Part shown: piece by piece, positions 43,785 to 52,829 of the stretch
Layout: every line of letters begins with the position of its first letter
Numbering within the stretch: position 1 is the stretch's first letter
Source of the DNA: an uncultured Chloroflexia bacterium
Lineage (GTDB): Bacteria; Chloroflexota; Anaerolineae; CG2-30-64-16
Assembly (NCBI GenBank): GCA_963810095.1
Contig: CAWEMM010000006.1
Span: 1,728,001 to 1,792,000, forward strand
Direction: 5' to 3'
DNA: 64,000 nt
The notes under the pieces: generated by a model
Seen by the model: only the letters and a program-made list of their open reading frames with translations
Databases searched by the model: none
What the model was told of the DNA's origin: nothing
Translations under genes and position numbers: made by a program

Positions 43785-44441
43785 ATGAACAGCCCTAACC
43801 GCGCAGGGTGGCGCGGTTACGTGGTCCTCAGTTTGGTCTGGTTGGTCGTGCTCGCCGGCGTGCTGCTGTTCATGCGCCGGCCCGCTGCCCAACCGATCGA
43901 GATCCTGCCGCCGCCCACGCCAGCCCCTTCAGTTACGCCACTGCCGACCTTCACGCCGGGGCCGACCGCCAGCCCGCGACCCTTGCGCATCGACGTAAGC
44001 GGCGCGGTTGCCAATCCCCGTGTGTACACGCTGCCCGGGGGAAGCGTCATCGCGGATGCAATCGCGCTCGCCGGCGGTCCTGCGGCTGATGCAGACCTGG
44101 ATCGCATCAACAAGGCAGTCGAGCTCCAGGATGGCATGCAGGTCTACGTGCCGCGCAAGGCCGAGACACCCGCGCTGCCGCCCATCTCCACCTCCCAGGC
44201 TGCCCCGCATCCCACAGCGCCGCCTGTTCGCTCTGCCATCACCGTTGCGGTTGCCGGTCGCATCAACGTGAACACCGCCACACTGGCCGAGCTGGACACG
44301 CTGCCGGGAATCGGTCCCAAGACCGCGCAGTTGATCGTGGACGGGCGGCCGTATGCCCAGGTCGACGATCTTCTGAAAGTGAAAGGGATCGGCCCGGCAA
44401 CGCTGGCCAAGCTTGCGGACCTGGTGACCGTGGATAACTGA
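43785..44441 (+). CDS. comEA: ComEA family DNA-binding protein
   Basis: TM helix, SLBB domain (VSGAVANP) and HhH (INVNTATLAELDTLPGIGP). Confidence 0.9.
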   Translation: MNSPNRAGWRGYVVLSLVWLVVLAGVLLFMRRPAAQPIEILPPPTPAPSVTPLPTFTPGPTASPRPLRIDVSGAVANPRVYTLPGGSVIADAIALAGGPAADADLDRINKAVELQDGMQVYVPRKAETPALPPISTSQAAPHPTAPPVRSAITVAVAGRINVNTATLAELDTLPGIGPKTAQLIVDGRPYAQVDDLLKVKGIGPATLAKLADLVTVDN

Positions 44442-44489
44442 GGGGATTTATTTGTGCGCTAATTAATAAGATGTCTCTGATAATAATCG

Positions 44490-44602
44490 TAAGCAACATC
44501 ACTGGAGAGCAGGAGGGGGCGTAATACTATAGACGTAGATTCTTCCTCCTCCTTTGCGCACGAAGGCCGGGGCCACCAGTCAACCCCGGTCTTCGTGTCT
44601 TT
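44490..44602 (+). ncRNA. Candidate small RNA with anti-SD motif and terminator
   Basis: AT-rich promoter-like upstream region, CTTCCTCCTCCTTT, then hairpin CACGAAGGCCGGGG/CCCCGGTCTTCGTG plus T tract. Confidence 0.35.
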
Positions 44603-44641
44603 AATCGGCCCTGCATCCGATACCCCGGCCTGCCCGCGTTG

Positions 44642-45154
44642 CTAAAGATCGTGAACCAACTCCTCGAGCGGCCGGCGAGCGCTGGGCGCGGGAGACTCGG
44701 CTGCGTACCCGATGGGCAGCACCGCGACAGGCACCCAGTCGGGCGGCGCTCCCAGCGCGGCAGTCACCTTCGCGGGGTCAAAAGCGCCGATCCAAACCGT
44801 TCCGAGCCCCTGGTCCGCCGCCATTAGCATCGCATGCGTCGCGGCAATCGTCGCGTCTTGCAGCGCGTACAGCTCGCGGCCGCGTGAGCCATACTTCCGC
44901 GCAGATCGTCCTGTGTTCGCAAAGAAGACCAGGATGACCGGGGCTTGGGCGATAAAGGATTGGTCGGCCGCCCGGGCTAAGGCTGCGCGGGGATGGGGAC
45001 CTGTGACGTTGTAGATTTCGTAGGCCTGAAGATTGCCGGCCGAAGGGGCCAAGTTGGCCGCTTCGAGGATACAGTCGAGCTTGTGTTCCTCGACGTGGCG
45101 GTTTTCAAACGCGCGCACCGAGCGCCGCGCCCGGATCAACTCTGCGAGTTCCAT
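44642..45154 (-). CDS. Nitroreductase family protein
   Basis: RRSVRAF, APSAGNLQ and GLGTVWIG. Confidence 0.92.
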   Translation of the reverse strand: MELAELIRARRSVRAFENRHVEEHKLDCILEAANLAPSAGNLQAYEIYNVTGPHPRAALARAADQSFIAQAPVILVFFANTGRSARKYGSRGRELYALQDATIAATHAMLMAADQGLGTVWIGAFDPAKVTAALGAPPDWVPVAVLPIGYAAESPAPSARRPLEELVHDL

Positions 45155-45245
45155 GCTCACCTCCTTGATCTGCGCGTATCATAGCACAAACGGCGGCGGT
45201 GCGCACCTGGAACATCCGGCCGGCAGATTCCCTGTAGCCGCGGCA

Positions 45246-45425
45246 TCACGGGTCGCTGCAGTCACGCATGAAGCCGCAGCGCGGGCAGATGATCTTGCAG
45301 TGGCGCTCCACCACCGTGGCACCGCAGACCCAGCAGCGGCCGGCGTCGTCTTCCGGCCGCGCCGGCCTGTTGGCCTCATGCGGTGGGCGTTCTGTGTCTT
45401 CCTCAGCTGTTTTGTGGGCGTCCAC
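45246..45425 (-). CDS. 59-aa zinc-finger microprotein (not in ORF track)
   Basis: Hand translation from GTG: MDAHKTAEEDTERPPHEANRPARPEDDAGRCWVCGATVVERHCKIICPRCGFMRDCSDP*. Confidence 0.7.
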   Translation of the reverse strand: MDAHKTAEEDTERPPHEANRPARPEDDAGRCWVCGATVVERHCKIICPRCGFMRDCSDP

Positions 45426-46119
45426 CGATCTTGTCCATCAGGTAATCCTGGAATTGGTCCCCATAGCGCCAGAAGAGCAAGAGGATCACCAGGCCCAACA
45501 CGCCGATGACGATCCACACGACGAGCGGAACGCTTTCGGCCGACGCGCCGAGCCAGACCGCGGCCGCCAGCCCGGGGAGCCGTGCCAGGGCCGCCATTGG
45601 CAGCATGATGCGAATGGGCAGTGTCGTCAGCCCGACGACGAAACACAACAGGTCGTCGGGCAGGCCGGGGATCAGGAAGAACAGGAAGAAGAAGCCCAAC
45701 CCCTTGCCCGCGGCCAACCTGTCGAGTCGGTCGAGAAGATCGGGACTGACCAGGTGCTTGATGAGGGGACGCCCCGCGTAGCGCGCCAGCAGCATGGCGA
45801 CTGCCGCACCGACCACGAGCCCAATCCAGCTGTACAAGAGGCCCAACCACGTTCCGTAAACGTAGCCGGACACGAAATTGGTCATCTGGCCGGGCACCGG
45901 CGCGATCACGGTTTGCGCAACGGACAGCGCGACGATGACGACCGGCCCCCAGGCGCCCGCACCGCGGATCTCGGCGGCCACCTGCTGACGATCTGCAAAC
46001 ACCCGTAGCAATTGGTCGCGCCAAATCACGAGCGGGACGGTCAGCGCGACGGCAACGCCGAGCACGACCAGCACGCGGAGCCAGAGCGGCCAGGGCCTCC
46101 CTCGCGGCGCCGGCGTCAT
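45403..46119 (-). CDS. TVP38/TMEM64 (DedA/VTT) membrane protein
   Basis: QTVIAPVPG and FLIPGLPDD. Confidence 0.85.
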   Translation of the reverse strand: MTPAPRGRPWPLWLRVLVVLGVAVALTVPLVIWRDQLLRVFADRQQVAAEIRGAGAWGPVVIVALSVAQTVIAPVPGQMTNFVSGYVYGTWLGLLYSWIGLVVGAAVAMLLARYAGRPLIKHLVSPDLLDRLDRLAAGKGLGFFFLFFLIPGLPDDLLCFVVGLTTLPIRIMLPMAALARLPGLAAAVWLGASAESVPLVVWIVIGVLGLVILLLFWRYGDQFQDYLMDKIGGRPQNS

Positions 46120-46155
46120 TTTTCCCCTCGTGTGCGCGCAACTATAATGTGCAAC

Positions 46156-47736
46156 ATGACCGCGCAATCCGCCCCGCAAGCCATCAGTCGTCCTTACCTC
46201 TACTTATTGGTTTTCACGGCCGGCTTCAGCACGCTCGGCGTGGAGCTAAGCGCCGCGCGGCTGCTCGACCCCTGGTTCGGCAACTCGCTCGTCGTCTGGG
46301 CGAGCCTCATCGGCCTGATCCTGTTCTACCTGGCCGTCGGCTACTGGCTGGGCGGCCGGGTGGCCGACCGTTGGCCCGACCGGCTCGTCCTGCTGCGCAT
46401 CGTCGCCGTTGGCGCATTTGGCATCGGGCTGATTCCGACCGTCTCGCGCCCGGTGCTGCGGCTGGCAAGCGGCGGGCTGGACACGTTTGATGCCGGCCTG
46501 CTGGGCGGCAGCATGGCCGCGATCCTCGTCCTGTTCGCGGTTCCGGTCACCCTGCTCGGCTGCGTCAGCCCGTTCGCCATCCGCCTCGGAATTAAGGACG
46601 TCGCAGGCAGTGGCGAAGTTGCCGGGCGCATCTCGGCCCTGTCGACGTTCGGCAGCATCCTGGGCAGCTTCCTGCCGGTGCTGCTGCTGATCCCCACGCT
46701 GGGCACCCGGCAGACCTTCGCCGTGCTATCGGTCGCGCTGCTGCTGGTCGCGTTGCTAGGCTTCCTGCAATACCACCGCCGTGCCGATGCGTTGCTCGTG
46801 ATCCTCGCCGTCCTGGTGGTGAGTTGGCTCGGGTTCCGTCCGGTGGGGCCGCTCAAAGCCACGCAGGGCCTGGTGTACGAGAGCGAATCTGCGTTCAACT
46901 ATATCCAGGTGCTCGACCTGGGTGTGGAACGCCAATTGCGATTGAATGAAGGCGAGGGCATTCATTCGGTATACCGCCCCGCGGGCGGTCTCGCCGACGG
47001 CATCTGGGACTATTTCCTCCTCGCGCCCGCGTTCAACCCCGCGCCCTACGAGCCGGGGCAGGTTCAGCGCGTTGCAGTCGTCGGCCTCGCGGCGGGCACC
47101 ATGGCGCACCTGTTCACCGAGGGCTATGGTCCGATCCGCATTGAAGGGGCCGAGCTTGATCCTGCCATCCTCGAGGCCGGTCGGGAATGGTTCGACATGA
47201 ACATGCCGAACCTGGCGGCTTATGCGATGGACGGCAGGCGCTTTCTTGCGCGTCCGCCGGCGGAGGCGGCCGCACCGTACGACCTGATTGCAGTCGATGC
47301 GTACCGCCCGCCCTACATCCCATTCCACCTGATCACGGCCGAGTTCTTTGCATTGGCCCGCGACCGGCTGTCCCAAAACGGGGTGGTGGCGGTCAACGTC
47401 GGCCGCACGCATACCGACTACAGTCTGGTGGATGCAGTCGCCGCGACGATGCAAGCCGTCTTCCCATCCGTTTATATCCTGGACCTACCGGATGGAGGCA
47501 GCACGCTGGGCAACAGCCTGGTCGTGGGCACCCGGGAGCCGAGTACCACGGCGGACTTCACTGCGAACCTGGCCCGGTACAATGGCGGACTGCTCGGCCA
47601 GGTGGCCGGCGTCGTGCCGGCCCCGCGCCCGGCCGGGCCGCCGGCTGGCACACCCGTCTTCACCGACGACCGCGCGCCGGTGGAGCAGGTCGTGCATGAA
47701 CTCGTGTTCAAGTACATGCTGGGAGAGCAGAAATAG
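46156..47736 (+). CDS. Fused MFS-like/spermidine synthase-like methyltransferase
   Basis: N-terminal TM bundle; C-terminal VVGLAAG, ELDP, DGRRFL and DAY motifs. Confidence 0.85.
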   Translation: MTAQSAPQAISRPYLYLLVFTAGFSTLGVELSAARLLDPWFGNSLVVWASLIGLILFYLAVGYWLGGRVADRWPDRLVLLRIVAVGAFGIGLIPTVSRPVLRLASGGLDTFDAGLLGGSMAAILVLFAVPVTLLGCVSPFAIRLGIKDVAGSGEVAGRISALSTFGSILGSFLPVLLLIPTLGTRQTFAVLSVALLLVALLGFLQYHRRADALLVILAVLVVSWLGFRPVGPLKATQGLVYESESAFNYIQVLDLGVERQLRLNEGEGIHSVYRPAGGLADGIWDYFLLAPAFNPAPYEPGQVQRVAVVGLAAGTMAHLFTEGYGPIRIEGAELDPAILEAGREWFDMNMPNLAAYAMDGRRFLARPPAEAAAPYDLIAVDAYRPPYIPFHLITAEFFALARDRLSQNGVVAVNVGRTHTDYSLVDAVAATMQAVFPSVYILDLPDGGSTLGNSLVVGTREPSTTADFTANLARYNGGLLGQVAGVVPAPRPAGPPAGTPVFTDDRAPVEQVVHELVFKYMLGEQK

Positions 47737-47820
47737 GACGCAGACCTAACTGATCAGACTGATCTGCCTGATATCCCGGCGAAGATCCGGACGATCAGGC
47801 TAATTGGCAATGTCAGCCTG

Positions 47821-48828
47821 CTACTTAGGCCCGGCTTTCAGCGCGTCCCTGTGGGCGAGCAGATTTGCGTGGGGCGTGCCGTCGGGAATCTCGCAGCCGG
47901 CCATGCTGATATAACGCGGGCCGCCGGCGACCAGTTCTGCGCCGATGGCTGCCCGCACCATCTCGGGCGTGCCGTCCAGCATGACCGCCACCGGGTCGTG
48001 ATTGCCGCAGGGAGCCGCCCGGTCTCCGAACACTTCTGCGGCCCGCCCCAGGTCGACCATCCAGTCCAGGTCGATGATATCTGCCCCGGTCTGCAGCATG
48101 TCGGCGAGGATGCGGCTCGTGTTTCCGCAGATGTGCAGCCGGGCGAGCGCGCCCATCTCGTGAACGGCGGCAAAGATCCGCTGTTCGTATGGCAGCGCAA
48201 ACTCCCGGTAGATACGGGGCGATACCTGTGAGGCGACCGCGTCGCCCAACCCCACGATGTGTGCGCCGGCAGCCACCTGGGCGCGTGCGAACGCGATCTC
48301 AGCTTGGACGCACGTTTCCAGCAGTTCGTGGACCCACTCCGGCCGGTCGATGAGGTCGGTCATCAGCCGGCCCATGCCGCGCACATCTGCGGCCTCGGCC
48401 AGCGCGCCTTCCACCCATCCCAGCACCGGCATCTCTCCCTGTGAGCGTTCCGCGAACAGCCGGACCGCGGCCAGCCGGTCGCTCATGCGCGGCCCATCTT
48501 CCGGCTTTGGATAGCGCAAGCGGGCAAGATCGCCTGGCTCTTGCACGAGGGGCTCGCGGGCCATGGGGAGCGAATCATGGGGAAAGCTGACGGCAAGCCC
48601 GGCGTCGGCGGCCTCGCGGTAGGGGTCCGAGATGGCCTGCCACAGGTCGAGGTCGAACGCCTCCTGCACGGCCCAATTGGCCTCGCACAGCACCCGGTAA
48701 TCCTGGTAATAGCGGCTCAGCGGCTGGCCGATGAAATGGGCCGCAAACTGCATCATGATGTTGAAGTTCGGCGCTCGGTCGACCGGTTTTCCGGCCAGGC
48801 GCGCGGTGAGGCGCTCGTGTGCGTTCAT
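47821..48828 (-). CDS. Uroporphyrinogen decarboxylase/MtaA-CmuA family protein
   Basis: LHICGN and AGCEIP..TP motifs. Confidence 0.85.
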   Translation of the reverse strand: MNAHERLTARLAGKPVDRAPNFNIMMQFAAHFIGQPLSRYYQDYRVLCEANWAVQEAFDLDLWQAISDPYREAADAGLAVSFPHDSLPMAREPLVQEPGDLARLRYPKPEDGPRMSDRLAAVRLFAERSQGEMPVLGWVEGALAEAADVRGMGRLMTDLIDRPEWVHELLETCVQAEIAFARAQVAAGAHIVGLGDAVASQVSPRIYREFALPYEQRIFAAVHEMGALARLHICGNTSRILADMLQTGADIIDLDWMVDLGRAAEVFGDRAAPCGNHDPVAVMLDGTPEMVRAAIGAELVAGGPRYISMAGCEIPDGTPHANLLAHRDALKAGPK

Positions 48829-48840
48829 CGACCCTCCGGT

Positions 48841-49545
48841 CTAGGGGGTTGGAGCGGCGGTCCCATTCTTGGGAGCAGTGAGGAAGCAGAGAATCCCATC
48901 GACGACGCCTTGCGCCGCCCGCTCGGGCTTTTCGGTCAGCAATTCGCGATCCGTTTTGAGGAAGCCCAGCTCGATAATTGCCGCGGGGGTGTCGAGCGAA
49001 ATCTCCCGGAACGCGTGATAATTGGTCATGTCGGTCGTGATCGTCGCCACGTGCCGGTCGAGCCCGGTCGCCAGCTCGTACTTGTCCCACAGGCAGGTCG
49101 CAAGACGTTCGGAGGCAGCGGTGCCGCCCTCTTCGCTGGCAACCTTGAAACCGCTGAAGTCGCTTGCGCACGAGTCGCTGTGGATGGAGACGAGGGCGTT
49201 GGCTTTCAGGCCGCGCAGCCGGCGATCGAACTCGTCCATGATTTCCACCCGGATGCCCTCACGCCCCAGTCCGTCGGCCACCAACTGCGCCACCTTCAGA
49301 TTAACCTCGGCCTCGGTCAGCCCATCCTTGCAGACTGCGCCCGAGTCGTTCCCCTTGTGGCCCACGATGACGGCAACGTCCAGCCCGCCCGTAGGTTGGC
49401 CGGCCAGCAGGAACTGGAGCCAGTTGGGCCCCACGCCGCGCGTGGCGATTCGCTCGCCCGCCCAGATGACGGCGACGAAGGCGACCGCCAGCAGCAGGAG
49501 CGGCTTGGCGCTGGAGCGTTGGGGCTTCTTCTTGCGCTTGGGCAT
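48841..49545 (-). CDS. N-acetylmuramoyl-L-alanine amidase (Amidase_3)
   Basis: N-terminal TM anchor; Zn and catalytic motifs GH, EAEVN, SIHSD and IIELGF. Confidence 0.85.
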   Translation of the reverse strand: MPKRKKKPQRSSAKPLLLLAVAFVAVIWAGERIATRGVGPNWLQFLLAGQPTGGLDVAVIVGHKGNDSGAVCKDGLTEAEVNLKVAQLVADGLGREGIRVEIMDEFDRRLRGLKANALVSIHSDSCASDFSGFKVASEEGGTAASERLATCLWDKYELATGLDRHVATITTDMTNYHAFREISLDTPAAIIELGFLKTDRELLTEKPERAAQGVVDGILCFLTAPKNGTAAPTP

Positions 49546-49600
49546 ACGGGCCGATGATATCCAATAAATGCTATTTCCGCAACTGCCAGACGCTTCGCTT

Positions 49601-49672
49601 ACCACGAAGACACGAGGGCCCACAAAGCAGTTTCGTTCTTCGTGCGGCTTTGTGTCTTCGTGCCTTCGTGGT
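49601..49672. repeat. Palindromic element with 8-9-nt periodicity, family B (CACGAAG units)
   Basis: ACCACGAAGACACGAG...CTTCGTGCCTTCGTGGT; related elements at 61566-61662 and about 29897-29975. Confidence 0.65.
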
Positions 49673-49765
49673 GAACGTTTGCCCTCTTAAGCGGCCTCTT
49701 TTGACTTTTCGCCCTCGCGCGGGTATATTGGTTCGGCCTATCACTAAGACGAGGACCTACCTCTT

Positions 49766-50744
49766 ATGAGCGAGCTCGGGCGCCTGATGGCGGAGGCGCG
49801 CACGGCCAAGGGCCTAAGCCTGGCCGACGTAGAATCGATCACGCGAATCCGCCAAAAATGGCTTGAGGCGTTGGAGAGCGGGGACTACGGAAAGCTCCCC
49901 GCGCGGCGCAACAACGCGCGGCTTCCTGCGCACCTATGCAGCCTATCTCGGCCTGGATGTCCGGGCTGTGCTGAATCTTTACACCGACGAGAGCGGCGAC
50001 GCTGGCGATGGCACGTTTGTGGCCGAGCCGGGCAAGCCGCGACTGGTCGACTACCGGCCGCTCGAAGTCGAGTTGATCGACGAGCAGTCGGACAACGGAT
50101 GGGTGCCCTGGGTGGTAGCCCTGGTGGTTGTAGCGGCCCTGGCGGCAGGAGCCTGGTGGTTTCTCAACCGCAACCCCGGCTGGAACCCACTGGCCGCGCT
50201 TGCGCCGCCGCCTCCGGCAACCGCGGTGGCGACCAGCACGTCGACGCCGTGGATCGTGACGGCAACGCCGCGGGCGGTTGGTACGCTGCCCCAGCCTGAG
50301 GCCACCAATCCCGGGGAGATCGTCGTGCCCGCGGCAACGTCCGACATTCTGCCGCTGCCCACGCCGACCGTGCCGGCGACGGCCCAGCCGACGCCGCGGC
50401 CAACGGCCACCCCCGAAGTTGTGGGGAGCGCCATCACGGCTGAGATGAAGGCGGTCCAGCGGGCCTGGGTCCGCGTGCTCGTCGACGGTGCGGTGGCGGA
50501 AGAGGGCTTCCTTTCGCCCGAGGATCAGCGTGTCTGGGAGGCCACCCAGTCGATCGTCATCCGAACCGGGAATGCCGGGGGCGTGAACTTGACGCTAAAC
50601 GGCGAGGATCTCGGCCCGATGGGCGACGTGGGCCAGGTGGTCGAGCGAAGCTGGGTGGTTGGAGGCGCCGGCGAGGTGATCGAGGGCGGCGTGCCTGAAC
50701 AGACGCCGGCAGAGCCAACCGCAACGCCGACGGCAGCCGGCTAG
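49766..50744 (+). CDS. rodZ: RodZ-like protein (HTH, TM, DUF4115; frameshift near 49902)
   Basis: LGRLMAEARTAKGLSL...RGFLRTYAAYLGLD and C-terminal IRTGNAGGV; upstream of rimO. Confidence 0.85.
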
Positions 50745-50840
50745 ATAACTGAATTGGCCGCTTCAAAGTGGGTAGCGGGGTAAGCTCCGCTACCCCTTCT
50801 TTATTAAGGCAAGCGCGGTGGCACTTGTGAGTGGTGACAG

Positions 50841-52271
50841 ATGAAATATTATCTGATGACGCTGGGATGTCCGAAGAATACGGTAGACAGCGAAGGCATC
50901 GCGATGATGCTAAGCGACGCAGGGTACCGGGGCACGGCCGTGCCCGACGATGCCGACGTCCTGATCGTGAATACGTGCGGGTTCCTCCAGGCCGCTGAAG
51001 ACGAGTCGCTGGCCAACCTGCGCGAACTCGCCCAATCGAAACGCCGCGGGCAGATGTTGATCGCGGCGGGCTGCATGGCCCAACGTAACGGCAGCCGCAT
51101 CGTGCAGGAAGTGCCGGGCGTCGACGGACTGCTCGGAACCCGGCGCTGGATGGAGGTCGTGCCGTTCATCAAAGCGCTGCGCGCAAACGCGCAGAACAAA
51201 CCGGGTTCCTCCGAGAACCCCGGTTTGCTAACCCCGGCCTTTGGCCGCTATGCCCTGCTGGGCGACCCGGAGCAGCCGCTGGCGGCCGCCATGCCCCGGC
51301 CTGCGGTGCAAAACGGCAGCGCGTACCTGAAGATCAGCGACGGGTGCAACGCGCCGTGCGCCTTCTGCTCGATTCCGTCGTTCAAGGGGAAGCTGGCAAG
51401 CCGGCCCATGGACGCCGTTGTGGCGGAGGCGCGGTCTCTCGTCGCATCTGGCGCGCAGGAATTGATCCTCATCGCGCAGGACACGACGGACTATGGCCGC
51501 GACCTGGGCCGCGCCGACCTGCTGCCCGACCTGATCACCGCGATCCTGGGGGCGACGCCCGACCTGCGCTGGCTGCGGCTGATGTACGCCTACCCGGGCC
51601 ACGTCTCGCAGCGGCTCATCGACGCGATGGCGTCGGACCCGCGCGTGTGCCACTACCTGGACATTCCACTGCAACACGGCCACCCCGCTGTCTTGCGACG
51701 CATGTTCCGGCCGAGCAACACGGAGAAGCTGCTTGAAACCTTCGCCGAGATGCGGCGCGCGATGCCCGATATGGCATTCCGCAGCACGTTCATCGTGGGG
51801 CTGCCGGGCGAAACCGAGGAGGAGTTCCAGGGACTGCTCGACTTCGTCCGGGCCATCGAGTTCGACAAGGTCGGCGTCTTCACCTTCAGCCCCGAGCCGG
51901 GAACGCCGGCAGCCGACATGCCGGGACAGGTCGGCGAAGAGGTCAAGGGTGAGCGCTACGAGAGGGTGATGGCCCTCCAGCAGCGCATCTCGCTGGCGCG
52001 GAACCAGGCACAGGTGGGCCGGAGCCTCGACGTGTTGGTCGAGGCGCACGGCGAAATGGAAGGCATGGCGCCGGCCGGGGGCAAGAACGGGCATTCGGCA
52101 AAGGCCCAGCCCCGGCGACAGCCCGTCTCGCTGGCGCGCAGCTATCGCGACGCGCCGGAAGTGGACGGCTACGTCGTGATTCCCGGCGTGTTGCCGCTCG
52201 GCAAGATGGCCGCTGCCCGGATCACGGGCGCGATTGAGTACGACCTGGTGGGAGAAGCGATCACGGGGTAA
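50841..52271 (+). CDS. rimO: Ribosomal protein S12 methylthiotransferase
   Basis: LGCPKNTVDSE, NTCGF, CNAPCAFC, RLMYAYP and DAPEVDG. Confidence 0.95.
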   Translation: MKYYLMTLGCPKNTVDSEGIAMMLSDAGYRGTAVPDDADVLIVNTCGFLQAAEDESLANLRELAQSKRRGQMLIAAGCMAQRNGSRIVQEVPGVDGLLGTRRWMEVVPFIKALRANAQNKPGSSENPGLLTPAFGRYALLGDPEQPLAAAMPRPAVQNGSAYLKISDGCNAPCAFCSIPSFKGKLASRPMDAVVAEARSLVASGAQELILIAQDTTDYGRDLGRADLLPDLITAILGATPDLRWLRLMYAYPGHVSQRLIDAMASDPRVCHYLDIPLQHGHPAVLRRMFRPSNTEKLLETFAEMRRAMPDMAFRSTFIVGLPGETEEEFQGLLDFVRAIEFDKVGVFTFSPEPGTPAADMPGQVGEEVKGERYERVMALQQRISLARNQAQVGRSLDVLVEAHGEMEGMAPAGGKNGHSAKAQPRRQPVSLARSYRDAPEVDGYVVIPGVLPLGKMAAARITGAIEYDLVGEAITG

Positions 52272-52390
52272 ATCGATCCAGGGTCCGCATGGACGATGGG
52301 CAAAAGAAAACACGAAAGGAGCTGACCGGCATGCAACTCCTTTCGTGTTTTTTGATTCTCCGGCCGTGAACCCGGCCCGGATTACCTGCC

Positions 52391-52750
52391 CTAATCCACC
52401 ACCCGGTAGTCGCCGTCGACGGTTTTCTCGGTGCGCGGCGCCTTGGGATCCGTCGCCGTGCTGGGCCGGCCCGCCAACTCATCACGGTAGAACTGGACCA
52501 GCCAGGACGGCGACATGTCGATGAAAAACTTCATCGCAAGCGCGATGACCGCCAGGTCGTCCAATTGACCCAGCACGGGAATGAAGTCGGGCAGAATGTC
52601 GATCGGCAGCAGCAGGTACGCGAGCACTGCGCCGGGTATAAGATACTTGGTGGTCTTGGAAATGCGGGGATCCCGGAACAGTTTCCATGCCAGCCGAGCG
52701 TTAGCAACGATATCCGATAACATGCCTGTGGACTTAACAGGATTTGCCAT
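52391..52750 (-). CDS. DUF1232/YkvA membrane protein
   Basis: YLLLPIDILPDFIPVLGQLDD. Confidence 0.9.
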   Translation of the reverse strand: MANPVKSTGMLSDIVANARLAWKLFRDPRISKTTKYLIPGAVLAYLLLPIDILPDFIPVLGQLDDLAVIALAMKFFIDMSPSWLVQFYRDELAGRPSTATDPKAPRTEKTVDGDYRVVD

Positions 52751-52829
52751 AAGCTTCACTCCTCACGATATTATACCATCACTACGCTGCGGCCGGCGTT
52801 TTTGTTTCCATAAGCTATAATATCGTCCC

